Assembly (NCBI GenBank): GCA_011773475.1
Contig: WVXN01000001.1
Span: 13,699-62,226 of the forward strand
Length of the DNA stretch: 48,528 nt
Source of the DNA: Candidatus Aenigmatarchaeota archaeon
Lineage (GTDB): Archaea; Aenigmatarchaeota; Aenigmatarchaeia; Aenigmatarchaeales; Aenigmatarchaeaceae
Reading direction: 5' to 3'
The position numbers and the translations under genes were made by a program. Shown here in pieces: positions 8,243 through 16,881 of this stretch (positions within the stretch are counted from its first letter, which is position 1; the number at the start of each line of letters is the position of its first letter). Under the pieces are notes generated by a model. The model was not told the origin of the DNA, made no database searches, and was given only the letters and a program-made list of their open reading frames with translations.

Positions 8243-8746
8243 TTAAAGCTTCAAATCAATTTCTTCTTCAGTTAAAATCTCCATTTCGACCTCAGTTTCC
8301 AGTTCTAAATCTATTGTGTCCATTTCTAAAGTTTCTATACTATTCATAGCTTCGGCAAAAGGTTCGAGTTCTAAGGTTTCAGGAGTTTGAGAAATAGGTT
8401 GTTGAATAAAATAATAACTTGATATTAAAGCTAAACCAGCTATTAAAATTACACTAATACTAAGAAATATGACAACCCTATTGTATCCAGGATGTAGAAG
8501 TTTTTTTCCAGAGTTTGATATTTTATAATAGACCCATTTTCTACCAGGTCTTTCGACTCTCTCTATTAAATCTGATTTTTCCAAAATATTCAAATGCTCA
8601 GAAACAGTTGTGACATGTTTGTTCAAATGTCTAGACAATTCAGATGCTGTCATGGGTCTTTCTTCTAATGCTCTTAGGATATCTATCCTAGTGTCAGCTG
8701 TCACAACTTTTAACATCCGTCTTGAAATTTTGAATTCTTTTTCCAT
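8243..8746 (-). CDS. Membrane-anchored ArsR-like winged-helix regulator with acidic C-terminal tail
   Basis: DTRIDILRAL..RPMTASELSRHL...TVSEHLNILE...KWVYYKI, then one TM helix. Confidence 0.85.
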   Translation of the reverse strand: MEKEFKISRRMLKVVTADTRIDILRALEERPMTASELSRHLNKHVTTVSEHLNILEKSDLIERVERPGRKWVYYKISNSGKKLLHPGYNRVVIFLSISVILIAGLALISSYYFIQQPISQTPETLELEPFAEAMNSIETLEMDTIDLELETEVEMEILTEEEIDLKL

Positions 8747-8761
8747 AATATTTTTATAGAA

Positions 8762-8815
8762 TAAACATGTTTAAATGTTTTCAATTATTTAGGGTCTTTA
8801 CCCTAAGAATTCTTA
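8762..8815. promoter_or_regulatory. Palindrome cluster in a divergent promoter region, candidate operator
   Basis: TAAACATGTTTA (8762-8773), TTAGGGT-cttt-ACCCTAA (8789-8806), TAAGAATTCTTA (8804-8815). Confidence 0.5.
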
Positions 8816-8863
8816 TCTTTTTAAATCAATCTTATGTCTCCTTATAATTATGGGGTGAAAAAA

Positions 8864-9343
8864 ATGAAAAAAGAATTTGCATTAATAATACCGTTGATAT
8901 TAATGTCAGCATTCGCAGTACCAGCTTTAGCAGCGGAATCACCACAATATGGACCTAAAACTATAACTATTGTGGATTACATGGGAGTGGAAGATGTAAC
9001 AGAACATAAGTGGGACGTTATTTATAACTCAAATTATTATGCAACCAGAATATACAGTAAAGGTCAGAGACTATTAGGATGGGAAATAGAAAAAAATAAG
9101 CATAGTATTGTGTCAGAGAGAGATTTTGTTTCAGATACAGAAACAAACCCACCTTTATGTGGTTATAAAACAGTCACTTATTTCGATTATGAGGGATATG
9201 ATGTCAAAGAACATAATTGGAAATGTTTATATGACAATGATTTCTATGTAATAAAAATATACACTGAAAATGGAAATAACATGTTGTTAGGTTGGCAGAT
9301 ATTTAGAAACGGACAATTGGTATCAACAAGAGCTTTTATTTAA
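8864..9343 (+). CDS. Secreted protein with two tandem ~60-aa repeats
   Basis: GGGGTGA SD before ATG 8864; signal peptide ending ALA; repeats GPKTI..DY..DVTEHKW..IY..LLGWEI and GYKTV..DY..DVKEHNW..IY..LLGWQI. Confidence 0.8.
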   Translation: MKKEFALIIPLILMSAFAVPALAAESPQYGPKTITIVDYMGVEDVTEHKWDVIYNSNYYATRIYSKGQRLLGWEIEKNKHSIVSERDFVSDTETNPPLCGYKTVTYFDYEGYDVKEHNWKCLYDNDFYVIKIYTENGNNMLLGWQIFRNGQLVSTRAFI

Positions 9344-9370
9344 GATGAAGGATCAGCCTTCATCTTTTTG
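9342..9370 (+). terminator. Hairpin plus T-tract
   Basis: AAGATGAAGG-atcag-CCTTCATCTT then TTTG directly after the stop. Confidence 0.6.
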
Positions 9371-9433
9371 TTATTACCATAAAAAATCTCAAATTTTAAA
9401 TATTGGTAAAAAAAATTATTATGAGGTGAAAAA

Positions 9434-10249
9434 ATGAACAAAAATCGTATAATATTTGGTTTAACAACTTTACTTATAACAGCAATCATCGCATCTTCTA
9501 TAGCACTAGCATTTCGTATGGATATTGAAGGAACAGTGTCTAAAGAAATAGTAGAGCTTGGGGAAACTATTACTATAACAGTTCATGCATTTGATATCAC
9601 TGATAGGGATGATTGGACATGGCATGGAACAGTAGTAAGATATGGGGCAGACGGAAGCGAAACTGTTGTAGCAGAAGCTGATGGATCAGTCGGAACCTAT
9701 GATGCAGCAACACCTATATGGACTCATGATTTTACAGCACCCTCATCTTTTCCTGTTGACACATTCAAATGGCATGGAGAAGTGTCTTATGTGAAATATG
9801 TTGTAAGGGTTAGATTCAATAACCCAAAGAAGTTAACAGGAGCTGGACTAGCAAAGACATTTATTTTAGTTAATACAAGACAAGACATAATAAATTTTTT
9901 GAGCAATCCGATGCTTGTCAAAGTAAATAATTTAATAAATGCAGCTAACAGTGAATTGACAACGAAAATAGATGCTAGAATAGCTTCATGCACAGAAGGA
10001 GGCAACACAGACGAAGACGTAGCAACAAGGTGGGAAGCAATAAAACCAGGAATAAATGATATAAAAACAGATGCAGAAGCTATCAAAGATAAAATAACTA
10101 CTGCAATAGGCGACTTGAATATCAAGAATATCAAAGAAGCAGACGATCTGATTGTAGATTTCTGGAATGTACATGGGACAACTAGAAATGAATATTACGA
10201 CTTAATTGAAGATACTTTAGAAAAATGTGCAGAACCTGTAGGTGAATAA
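9434..10249 (+). CDS. Secreted protein with beta-rich N-domain and helical C-domain
   Basis: GAGGTGA SD; signal peptide ending ALA. Confidence 0.75.
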   Translation: MNKNRIIFGLTTLLITAIIASSIALAFRMDIEGTVSKEIVELGETITITVHAFDITDRDDWTWHGTVVRYGADGSETVVAEADGSVGTYDAATPIWTHDFTAPSSFPVDTFKWHGEVSYVKYVVRVRFNNPKKLTGAGLAKTFILVNTRQDIINFLSNPMLVKVNNLINAANSELTTKIDARIASCTEGGNTDEDVATRWEAIKPGINDIKTDAEAIKDKITTAIGDLNIKNIKEADDLIVDFWNVHGTTRNEYYDLIEDTLEKCAEPVGE

Positions 10250-10250
10250 G

Positions 10251-10502
10251 ATGAAAACAACATATATAGCAGTTATTGTGATAATAGTGATAATACTACT
10301 ACTTGCAGGTTTCCTCTCTTTAAGAGGCAGTGAAGTTTTTCCAACAACTACTACAACTCCACCAATTACAACAACAGAAACAGAATTGGGGAGCTCATTA
10401 AAAGATATGGAAGGTTTGACCGACGGGATATTGAAACTTCCAGCAGAAACAGAAATCGAGATCGAAGAATTTACTGAAGAAACATTTGAGTTGAAACTTT
10501 AG
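10251..10502 (+). CDS. Small single-TM protein with Thr-rich linker and acidic tail
   Basis: GGTGA SD before ATG 10251; TM, PTTTTTPPITTT, tail similar to 8243..8746. Confidence 0.75.
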   Translation: MKTTYIAVIVIIVIILLLAGFLSLRGSEVFPTTTTTPPITTTETELGSSLKDMEGLTDGILKLPAETEIEIEEFTEETFELKL

Positions 10503-10591
10503 TTTTTTTATTTTTTCTATTATTTTATTGCCGCTATAAAAACCTTTTTATAGCTTCCTATTGTAATTATTATTTACTGAGGTGGGTTGGT

Positions 10592-10796
10592 ATGACCGGT
10601 GGACTAGTTTGCTCAAACAATAATTAGAAAAGCTCTTTCTACTCCTAAAACTAGACAAGAACTTCTTGAAATAACAAAATTACCTGAAAGAACTCTGAGG
10701 TATAATCTTTCTATCCTAAAGAAAAGAAAAATGATAATAGAATATAAAATTCTAAAAGACATGAGAAAAAAGGTGTATATATGGATTTCTTTTTAA
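10592..10796 (+). CDS. Small winged-helix regulator split by a +1 frame shift (recoded gene, pseudogene or sequence error)
   Basis: GAGGTG SD plus ATG 10592 reads MTGGLVCSNNN*; +1 frame 10608-10796 reads FAQTIIRKALSTPKTRQELLEITKLPERTLRYNLSILKKRKMIIEYKILKDMRKKVYIWISF* with no start codon before the HTH. Confidence 0.65.
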
Positions 10797-10807
10797 TAGT
10801 GATTTAA

Positions 10808-11695
10808 ATGACTGCTAATAGTGTTCTTGATTTAATAGGAAACACACCGATAGTCAGAATAAACAAATTAGTAGAATCTGATGATGCGACTATAGTAGCA
10901 AAGGTAGAAAGAGTCAATATTGGAGGTTCTATTAAAGATAGGATAGCAAAATATATGATTGAAAAAGCTGAAGAAGAAGGAAAATTAACAAAAAACAAGA
11001 TAATCCTTGAAGCTACTTCAGGAAATACAGGCATTGGCTTAGCAATGGTTGCTGCTGTCAAAGGTTACAAAGCAGTTTTAATAATGCCAAATTCTGTTAG
11101 TGAAGAAAGAAGAGATGTAATAAAAGCATTAGGATCTGAAGTGATTATAACAAATAGCGAAGAGTGGGGTGCAATAGAAACTGCACATAAAATTATTAAA
11201 AAAAATCCAGAAAAATATTTTTACATAAACCAATTTAGCAACAAATACAATATTCTTGCTCATTATGAAACCACGGGTAAAGAAATTATAGAACAAACTA
11301 ATGGAAAAATAGATATGATAATTGCTGGTATAGGCACTGGTGGAACTATTATGGGTGTTGGGAAGAGATTAAAAGAATTCAACCCAAACGTAAAAATTGT
11401 TGCTGTTGAACCTTTTGCTGGAGAGGTAATTCAAGGATTAATAAATATGAATGAGTATAAACCATCTATATTCGATGAAACAAAAATTGATGAAAAAGTA
11501 AATGTTACTTTAAAGCAAGCAGAGAATATGGCAAGAAGATTGGCAAGGGAAGAAGGTCTTTTTGTTGGTATAAGTTCTGGAGCTTCCGTGCACGTAGCTT
11601 TAAAAAAAGCAAAAGAAATGGGAAGAGGAAAAACTATAGTTGTAATTTTACCTGATTTAGGAGAAAGATATCTGAGTAATAATGTTTTTAAGTAA
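10808..11695 (+). CDS. cysM: Cysteine synthase (O-acetylserine sulfhydrylase family, CysK/CysM)
   Basis: IGNTP, GSIKDRIA (PLP Lys), EATSGNTGIGLA, GIGTGGT, GISSGA, PDLGERYLS. Confidence 0.9.
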   Translation: MTANSVLDLIGNTPIVRINKLVESDDATIVAKVERVNIGGSIKDRIAKYMIEKAEEEGKLTKNKIILEATSGNTGIGLAMVAAVKGYKAVLIMPNSVSEERRDVIKALGSEVIITNSEEWGAIETAHKIIKKNPEKYFYINQFSNKYNILAHYETTGKEIIEQTNGKIDMIIAGIGTGGTIMGVGKRLKEFNPNVKIVAVEPFAGEVIQGLINMNEYKPSIFDETKIDEKVNVTLKQAENMARRLAREEGLFVGISSGASVHVALKKAKEMGRGKTIVVILPDLGERYLSNNVFK

Positions 11696-11715
11696 TTTAA
11701 CAAAAATATACTCAT

Positions 11716-11786
11716 GCTCGGGTGGCAGAACGGCCATGCGCCCGCCTGCAGAGCGGAGGAACCGAGTTCGACTCTCGGCCCGAGCT
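11716..11786 (+). tRNA. tRNA-Cys(GCA)
   Basis: GCTCGGG/CCCGAGC acceptor, U discriminator, CCCGC-CT-GCA-GA-GCGGA, GTTCGACTC. Confidence 0.95.
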
Positions 11787-11798
11787 TTTAGTGATAAA

Positions 11799-13202
11799 AT
11801 GTTAAAAGTTTATAATACTTTAACAAGAAAAAAAGAAGAATTTGTACCACGTGAAAAAGGAAATGTTTACATGTATGTATGTGGTCCAACAGTTTATGGA
11901 TTAATGCATATTGGTAATGCAAGGACTTTCATGACTTTTGATATTATTTATCGTTATTTGAAATGGAGAGGTTTTAAAGTAAATTATGTGCAGAATGTAA
12001 CAGATGTCGGTCATTTGACAGATATTGGTGAAGATAAAATAATTAAAGGTGCAAAAAAACTTGGAATGGAAGTTACGGATTTTGCTAATCTGATGATCAA
12101 AAATTATTTTGAAGATTTGAAATCTTTAGATATTTTAAAACCGGACTTAACTCCAAGAGCTTCTGAACATATTCAAGACATGATAGATGTTATTAAAAAA
12201 TTAATAAAAAATGGATATGCATATGAATCAGAAGGTTATGTCTATTTTGATATTTCTAAGTTCAAAAACTACGGTAAGATATCCAAACAAGATCCAGAAT
12301 ATTTGGAGAAACAGAGAAAAGAAACGCACGGACGTAAAAGGCATGAAGGCGATTTTGTACTATGGTTCCCGGCACCTGAAAATTATCCATTAAAATGGAA
12401 AAGTCCATGGAGTGTTGGGTTTCCGGGATGGCATATTGAATGTTCAACAATGTCTTCTAAATATTTAGGTCTGCCATTGGATATTCATGGTGGAGGAAAA
12501 GATCTAATATTTCCCCATCATGAAGATGAGGTTGCACAAGCTGAAGGAGCAACTGGAAAGAAATTCTGTAATTATTGGTTGCATGGAGAATTTATTTTAA
12601 TTAGAGGAGAGAAAATGGCAAAATCCTTAGGAAATGTTATTTCTGCTAGAGATGCAATTAAAAAATATGGTAGAAAAGCTGTGAGATACTTCTTAATATC
12701 TTCTCATTATAGAACAGAAATAAATTTGACTGATGAATCTATAAAATCTGCTCAAAATACAGTGAAAAAATTAATTGACTTTGTTGACAGAATTCAAGAA
12801 ATAAAACCAAAAGGAAAATATAATGAGAAACTTAAAAAGAAAATAACTGAAACAAAAGAAAAATTTGAAAAAAATATGGACGATGATTTTAATATGCCTC
12901 TCGCACTTGCAGCAATCTTTGATCTTGTTAATGAGACAAATAAAGCTATTAATGAGAAAAAAATCTCTAAAGAAAATCTTGTTGAAATTTATGAAACGGT
13001 GATGGACTTTGATAAGGTTCTTAGTATTTTGGAACACGAAAAAGGAAAACTAACTAAAGAAATGATGGATTTAATCATAAAAAGAGAAGGCTATAGAAAA
13101 AGAGGAGATTTCGAAACTGCAGACAAAATAAGAGAGGAATTAAGAAAAAGAGGGTACATAGTTGAAGACGGTCCTGAAGGTCCCAGATGGAGAAAAATTT
13201 AA
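11799..13202 (+). CDS. cysS: Cysteine--tRNA ligase
   Basis: MLKVYNTLT start, CGPTVY, HIGN, GWHIECS, DIHGGG, FPHHE, KMAKS; start moved downstream of tRNA-Cys. Confidence 0.97.
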   Translation: MLKVYNTLTRKKEEFVPREKGNVYMYVCGPTVYGLMHIGNARTFMTFDIIYRYLKWRGFKVNYVQNVTDVGHLTDIGEDKIIKGAKKLGMEVTDFANLMIKNYFEDLKSLDILKPDLTPRASEHIQDMIDVIKKLIKNGYAYESEGYVYFDISKFKNYGKISKQDPEYLEKQRKETHGRKRHEGDFVLWFPAPENYPLKWKSPWSVGFPGWHIECSTMSSKYLGLPLDIHGGGKDLIFPHHEDEVAQAEGATGKKFCNYWLHGEFILIRGEKMAKSLGNVISARDAIKKYGRKAVRYFLISSHYRTEINLTDESIKSAQNTVKKLIDFVDRIQEIKPKGKYNEKLKKKITETKEKFEKNMDDDFNMPLALAAIFDLVNETNKAINEKKISKENLVEIYETVMDFDKVLSILEHEKGKLTKEMMDLIIKREGYRKRGDFETADKIREELRKRGYIVEDGPEGPRWRKI

Positions 13203-13312
13203 TGTTCTTCTATATATTTTTTTAATTTATTTGCTTCTTTTTGTTTGACTAAAAGTCTTTTAGCACTCTCCTAACTCTAGACATCATAAAAAATGATAAG
13301 AAAATGAGAAAT

Positions 13313-14467
13313 TTAAATGTTTATTTTTGCCATTTCAGGTTTTTTGACTTTGTTCCATATTTGTACTAATCTTTTTAGCTTTGAAGTTCTCTCTTTTCCA
13401 TGTATTCCACACTTTATTATAGGAGATTCTGTAGCAACAGCTAGATCAGCAATAAAAGTGTCAGTTGTGTCTCTAGACCTGTGGGAAACAATGGTTTTAT
13501 AATTTGCTTTTTTTGCAATTTCAATAGTATTTAGAGTTCTTGAAACAGATCCAACTTGGTCGGGTTTTATTATAATTCCATTTCCTGCTTTTTTCTTTAT
13601 TCCTCTTTTTAATCTTTTAGAATCTGTAGCAAAAATATCATCACCAACTATCAAACATCTAGCTTTCTTAGTTAATTCAGAAAAATGTTTAAAATCGTCC
13701 TCATGAAAAGGATCTTCAACATATAATAGTCTATAAGTTTTTATTAGATCTAAGATGAATTCTAATTGTTCTCCAGGAGAAAGTTTTTTCTTAGTATCTT
13801 TATAATAATACTTACCTTTTTTATAAATTTCATAAGCGGCAACATCTATCCCAACTCTTGCCCCATGATTTTCTGCTATATGACTGACAAGGTCTAAACT
13901 TTTAACATCATCTAATTTACAAGTCCATGCTCCCTCATAATTGTTTCCTAATGAAATTTCTCTTAATTTGATGAATTTCCCAACATCTTTCCATATAGAT
14001 TGATTTATTTTTATTGCTTCTTTTACGGTTTCAGCTCTAACTGGTAAAACTAAAAATTCTTGAATTGAGGTGTATCCTTTGTGAGCACCACCTCCTATAA
14101 CATTTCCTAGAGGATAAGGAAAAATATTAGATTTTTTATTTAGAAACTTGTAAATATTGTCTTTTGACAAGGCCTTTATTGCCGCAATAGATAAAACCAA
14201 AGATAGATTTGCGCCTATTTTTTCTATGCCAATTTTCTCTATTATTCTTTCTACATTTTTTTCTCTCTTTCCAATGAATTTCTTTTTTATTTCTGGAAAA
14301 TTCTTAATAATAATTTCATTATCCAATGTCTTTGCCTCATACTCTCCTTCAGAACTTCCAGAAGGCGCAGAAGCTGTAAAAATTCCTTTTTCAGTTTTCA
14401 TTGAAATTTTTATTGTCTTTTCTTTAACAGCATTATAAATTTCTGATATTTCTAAATCTTTTATCAT
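13313..14467 (-). CDS. eno: Enolase (divergent)
   Basis: PSGSSEG.YEA, GGAH, IQEF, EDPF, VGDD, IKPDQVG, SHRS, IADLAV; next to rpoK. Confidence 0.85.
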   Translation of the reverse strand: MIKDLEISEIYNAVKEKTIKISMKTEKGIFTASAPSGSSEGEYEAKTLDNEIIIKNFPEIKKKFIGKREKNVERIIEKIGIEKIGANLSLVLSIAAIKALSKDNIYKFLNKKSNIFPYPLGNVIGGGAHKGYTSIQEFLVLPVRAETVKEAIKINQSIWKDVGKFIKLREISLGNNYEGAWTCKLDDVKSLDLVSHIAENHGARVGIDVAAYEIYKKGKYYYKDTKKKLSPGEQLEFILDLIKTYRLLYVEDPFHEDDFKHFSELTKKARCLIVGDDIFATDSKRLKRGIKKKAGNGIIIKPDQVGSVSRTLNTIEIAKKANYKTIVSHRSRDTTDTFIADLAVATESPIIKCGIHGKERTSKLKRLVQIWNKVKKPEMAKINI

Positions 14468-14486
14468 ATTATCAATTGAGAAGCTT

Positions 14487-14684
14487 TCAATTATTCTTGT
14501 TTTTCTTAACATCTAATGGTATGAGTCCTTTATTAAACTCAAGTTTGGCAATTTTAACAGGATCTTTTAATCTTGTTTTTACCATTATGGGAGCACCTCT
14601 TGATATTTGTAAAGCCCTTGCTCCAATGATTCTTGCTTTCTCAAACCTAGTATAGTCTTTTGAACAAATTTCTTTTTTCTTCAT
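14487..14684 (-). CDS. rpoK: RNA polymerase subunit K (Rpo6)
   Basis: TRFEKARIIGARALQISRGAP. Confidence 0.95.
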   Translation of the reverse strand: MKKKEICSKDYTRFEKARIIGARALQISRGAPIMVKTRLKDPVKIAKLEFNKGLIPLDVKKNKNN

Positions 14685-14694
14685 GATATCACTG

Positions 14695-15477
14695 TTACCC
14701 TATGTATTTTAATTCTTCTGGTTTATCTCTTTTTTTCATCTGGCTTATTGCCTGTTTTTGCACATCTTCTAATCTTTTAATAAAATCATGCATTGCTTTT
14801 ACTTTTTCATCAATTTTTGTTAAATCAATTTTAATTTTCAAAATCTTTTCTAATATTCGCAAAACAGCTTCAGCTGCTGTTGGGTCTGTGATTATTGGAA
14901 AACCAGTTGTCTCCCCTAATAAAACCATGCCTTCCATCCCATAAGACCTAGCTAAACCAACTAATAATCCTGATGCTCCAACTATTGTCCCTATTTGACC
15001 ACTTATGTCAAAATTAATGCCATATTTTTTATAGTCTTTGATTATATCAGAATTTGTTGCAGCACCATAAACTTTTGGTTTTTCTGAGACCCTCCCTGTT
15101 CCAAAACCACCTACAGTTATTACAGCCTTGCATCCAAAAGTTTTCAAAAAGTCTAAAATCTTTCCAACAACTTCATAATGCCCCTTTGGATCATATGTCT
15201 GACAATCGCCTATTAGAAGAATTATGTCTCTTTTTTTTGTTTTACAGTAATAGAACTCATTTCTTAGTGTGTGTATCATGTTGTTGTGTATCATTACAAA
15301 AGGAAAGAAATATGGTGAATAAAGCTCTGCAAATTTTTTGGCCTTTAATTCATGAACCATGTATCCAACTGCAATTCTTCCTATATTCCCTATACCTGGT
15401 AGACCAACAATACAAATAGGGTTTCTCAGCTTGGGTTTCTTGGTTACAAATACTCTTGTTTCAAGCATGTTAAACAC
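14695..15477 (-). CDS. PAC2-family proteasome assembly chaperone
   Basis: GLPGIGNIGRIA, IVGASGLL, LLGET, DPTAA; canonical position after nop10. Confidence 0.9.
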   Translation of the reverse strand: MFNMLETRVFVTKKPKLRNPICIVGLPGIGNIGRIAVGYMVHELKAKKFAELYSPYFFPFVMIHNNMIHTLRNEFYYCKTKKRDIILLIGDCQTYDPKGHYEVVGKILDFLKTFGCKAVITVGGFGTGRVSEKPKVYGAATNSDIIKDYKKYGINFDISGQIGTIVGASGLLVGLARSYGMEGMVLLGETTGFPIITDPTAAEAVLRILEKILKIKIDLTKIDEKVKAMHDFIKRLEDVQKQAISQMKKRDKPEELKYIG

Positions 15478-15494
15478 TTTTGATTTTAGGATTT

Positions 15495-15737
15495 TTAAAT
15501 CTTTGCTTTATTGACCTTTATTAATTTCACAACCGAGACTATAGTCCATATAATGTTTAAAATTAAAAATGGGACAACGTTTTCTAAATAAGCATAATAA
15601 AACAAAAGTAAACTACCAAAAATATTCAAAATTAAATAAAGTTTTGACGTCTCTTCCATAATATCAAATAAATCCAAAAAGAAAGATACAAGTATAGAAG
15701 ATGCACCGATTATACCAATAAAAATAGGTTCTATCAT
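15495..15737 (-). CDS. Small 3-TM membrane protein (PQ-loop/SemiSWEET-like size)
   Basis: Start reassigned to MIEPIFIG; YLILNIFGS, PFLILNIIW. Confidence 0.7.
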   Translation of the reverse strand: MIEPIFIGIIGASSILVSFFLDLFDIMEETSKLYLILNIFGSLLLFYYAYLENVVPFLILNIIWTIVSVVKLIKVNKAKI

Positions 15738-15883
15738 TTTGATATCCTTCTGTATTTTCCGTATTTTTTTTCTTTTTCTATTGAAAACTTTAATGGATGT
15801 GCACTCATAGTCTTTGTTTTGCAAACTGGACACGTTTTATTTAATGTATAAATTTTACATTTAGAACATTTCATTAATAACAT
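15734..15883 (-). CDS. nop10: H/ACA RNP protein Nop10 (missing from ORF track)
   Basis: MLLMKCSKCKIYTLNKTCPVCKTKTMSAHPLKFSIEKEKKYGKYRR; directly after aIF2-alpha. Confidence 0.92.
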   Translation of the reverse strand: MLLMKCSKCKIYTLNKTCPVCKTKTMSAHPLKFSIEKEKKYGKYRRISK

Positions 15884-16654
15884 TTATTCAACCTTTCCCA
15901 CGCCACCAGAAGTTTCTAGTTTTCTAACAATATTTTCTGCAGCTTCCCTAATTCTTCTCTCTCCTTCTTTTGGATTCTTTGTTTTTAAAATCAACGAATA
16001 TTTTGGAGCTGAAATATATTTTATATCTATGTTATACTCCTTTTTTGCATCAACTAGAATCTTTTTTATTAGGTTTACTCCATCTGTATCATAAGATTTC
16101 AGTTCTATATTTTTTTTAATAGTTTTTTCTTTTATCTCTATTAATTCTTCTGCAACATCTTTTATTGCCTTAGCCCATTCTTCCTTAACTCCTTTCCTTA
16201 TTAGCATATCATAGGTTTGGGGTGTTAAAGTCATTTGAAATACATCAAAAACATTTCCAAATATTTCTTCAATATTATTCATTATTTCATTATTAAGTTC
16301 TTCTGGACTCATTTTTAGTTTTTTTGCCAAGACTTCTAGCATTTTTTTAGCTTTTAATTTTTTCTTATACTCTCTCTTTTTTTCTTCAGCATCATATTTT
16401 CTAACTCTTTTTAAACTCAGAGTTATATGTCTTTTTTCAGGATCAACTCTCATCACTTTGGCAACAACTGTATCTCCCAGTTTAACAAATTTCCTTATGT
16501 CTCTTACCCATTTTCCAGCAACTTCAGAAATATGAACCATTCCTTCTTTTTTATCATATTCTTCTAAAGCTATGAAAACAGAAAAAGGATTAACTCTAAC
16601 TACAGTTCCTATTATGAGTTCGCCTCTTTTTGGCCATTTTTCTTCATTTTTCAT
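15884..16654 (-). CDS. eif2a: Translation initiation factor 2 alpha subunit
   Basis: S1 domain WPKRGELIIGTV, HISEV..KWVRDIR, YISAPKY. Confidence 0.95.
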   Translation of the reverse strand: MKNEEKWPKRGELIIGTVVRVNPFSVFIALEEYDKKEGMVHISEVAGKWVRDIRKFVKLGDTVVAKVMRVDPEKRHITLSLKRVRKYDAEEKKREYKKKLKAKKMLEVLAKKLKMSPEELNNEIMNNIEEIFGNVFDVFQMTLTPQTYDMLIRKGVKEEWAKAIKDVAEELIEIKEKTIKKNIELKSYDTDGVNLIKKILVDAKKEYNIDIKYISAPKYSLILKTKNPKEGERRIREAAENIVRKLETSGGVGKVE

Positions 16655-16695
16655 AACACTTTATTGTATAAGAAACTTTTAAAAATAACATTTAA

Positions 16696-16881
16696 TTAGA
16701 GAACTTGGATGACCTTTGCTTTGATCTTTGCTTTTCCACCAGTTGGTTCAGCTAATTCAAAACCACATACCAAGCATTTGACATTAGAACTAGCCTTATT
16801 AAATATTATTTGCTCGTTCTTGCATTTAGGGCAACTTACTTTTAAAAACTTGCTTTTAGGCTTAGGTATTAATTCTTTCAT
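16696..16881 (-). CDS. rps27e: 30S ribosomal protein S27e
   Basis: SKFLKVSCPKCKNEQIIF...CLVCG..LAEPTGGKA. Confidence 0.97.
   Translation of the reverse strand: MKELIPKPKSKFLKVSCPKCKNEQIIFNKASSNVKCLVCGFELAEPTGGKAKIKAKVIQVL

Noticed and set aside
10599..10607. Stop-codon readthrough (GTG GAC TAG TTT) as pyrrolysine or an alternative code for the wHTH gene
   Set aside because: TAG ends several normal genes here and no pyl genes are seen; the SD spacing favours ATG 10592.
11682..11798. 39-aa N-terminal extension of CysRS in the ORF track
   Set aside because: It is a read-through of the tRNA-Cys gene; the conserved protein starts at MLKVYNTL (11799).
13203..13312. Possible small minus-strand ORF between cysS and eno
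   Set aside because: Only very short frames without a convincing start or motif.
15738..15833. N-terminal extension of the 112-aa ORF
   Set aside because: It overlaps nop10 in another frame; the real start is 15737.
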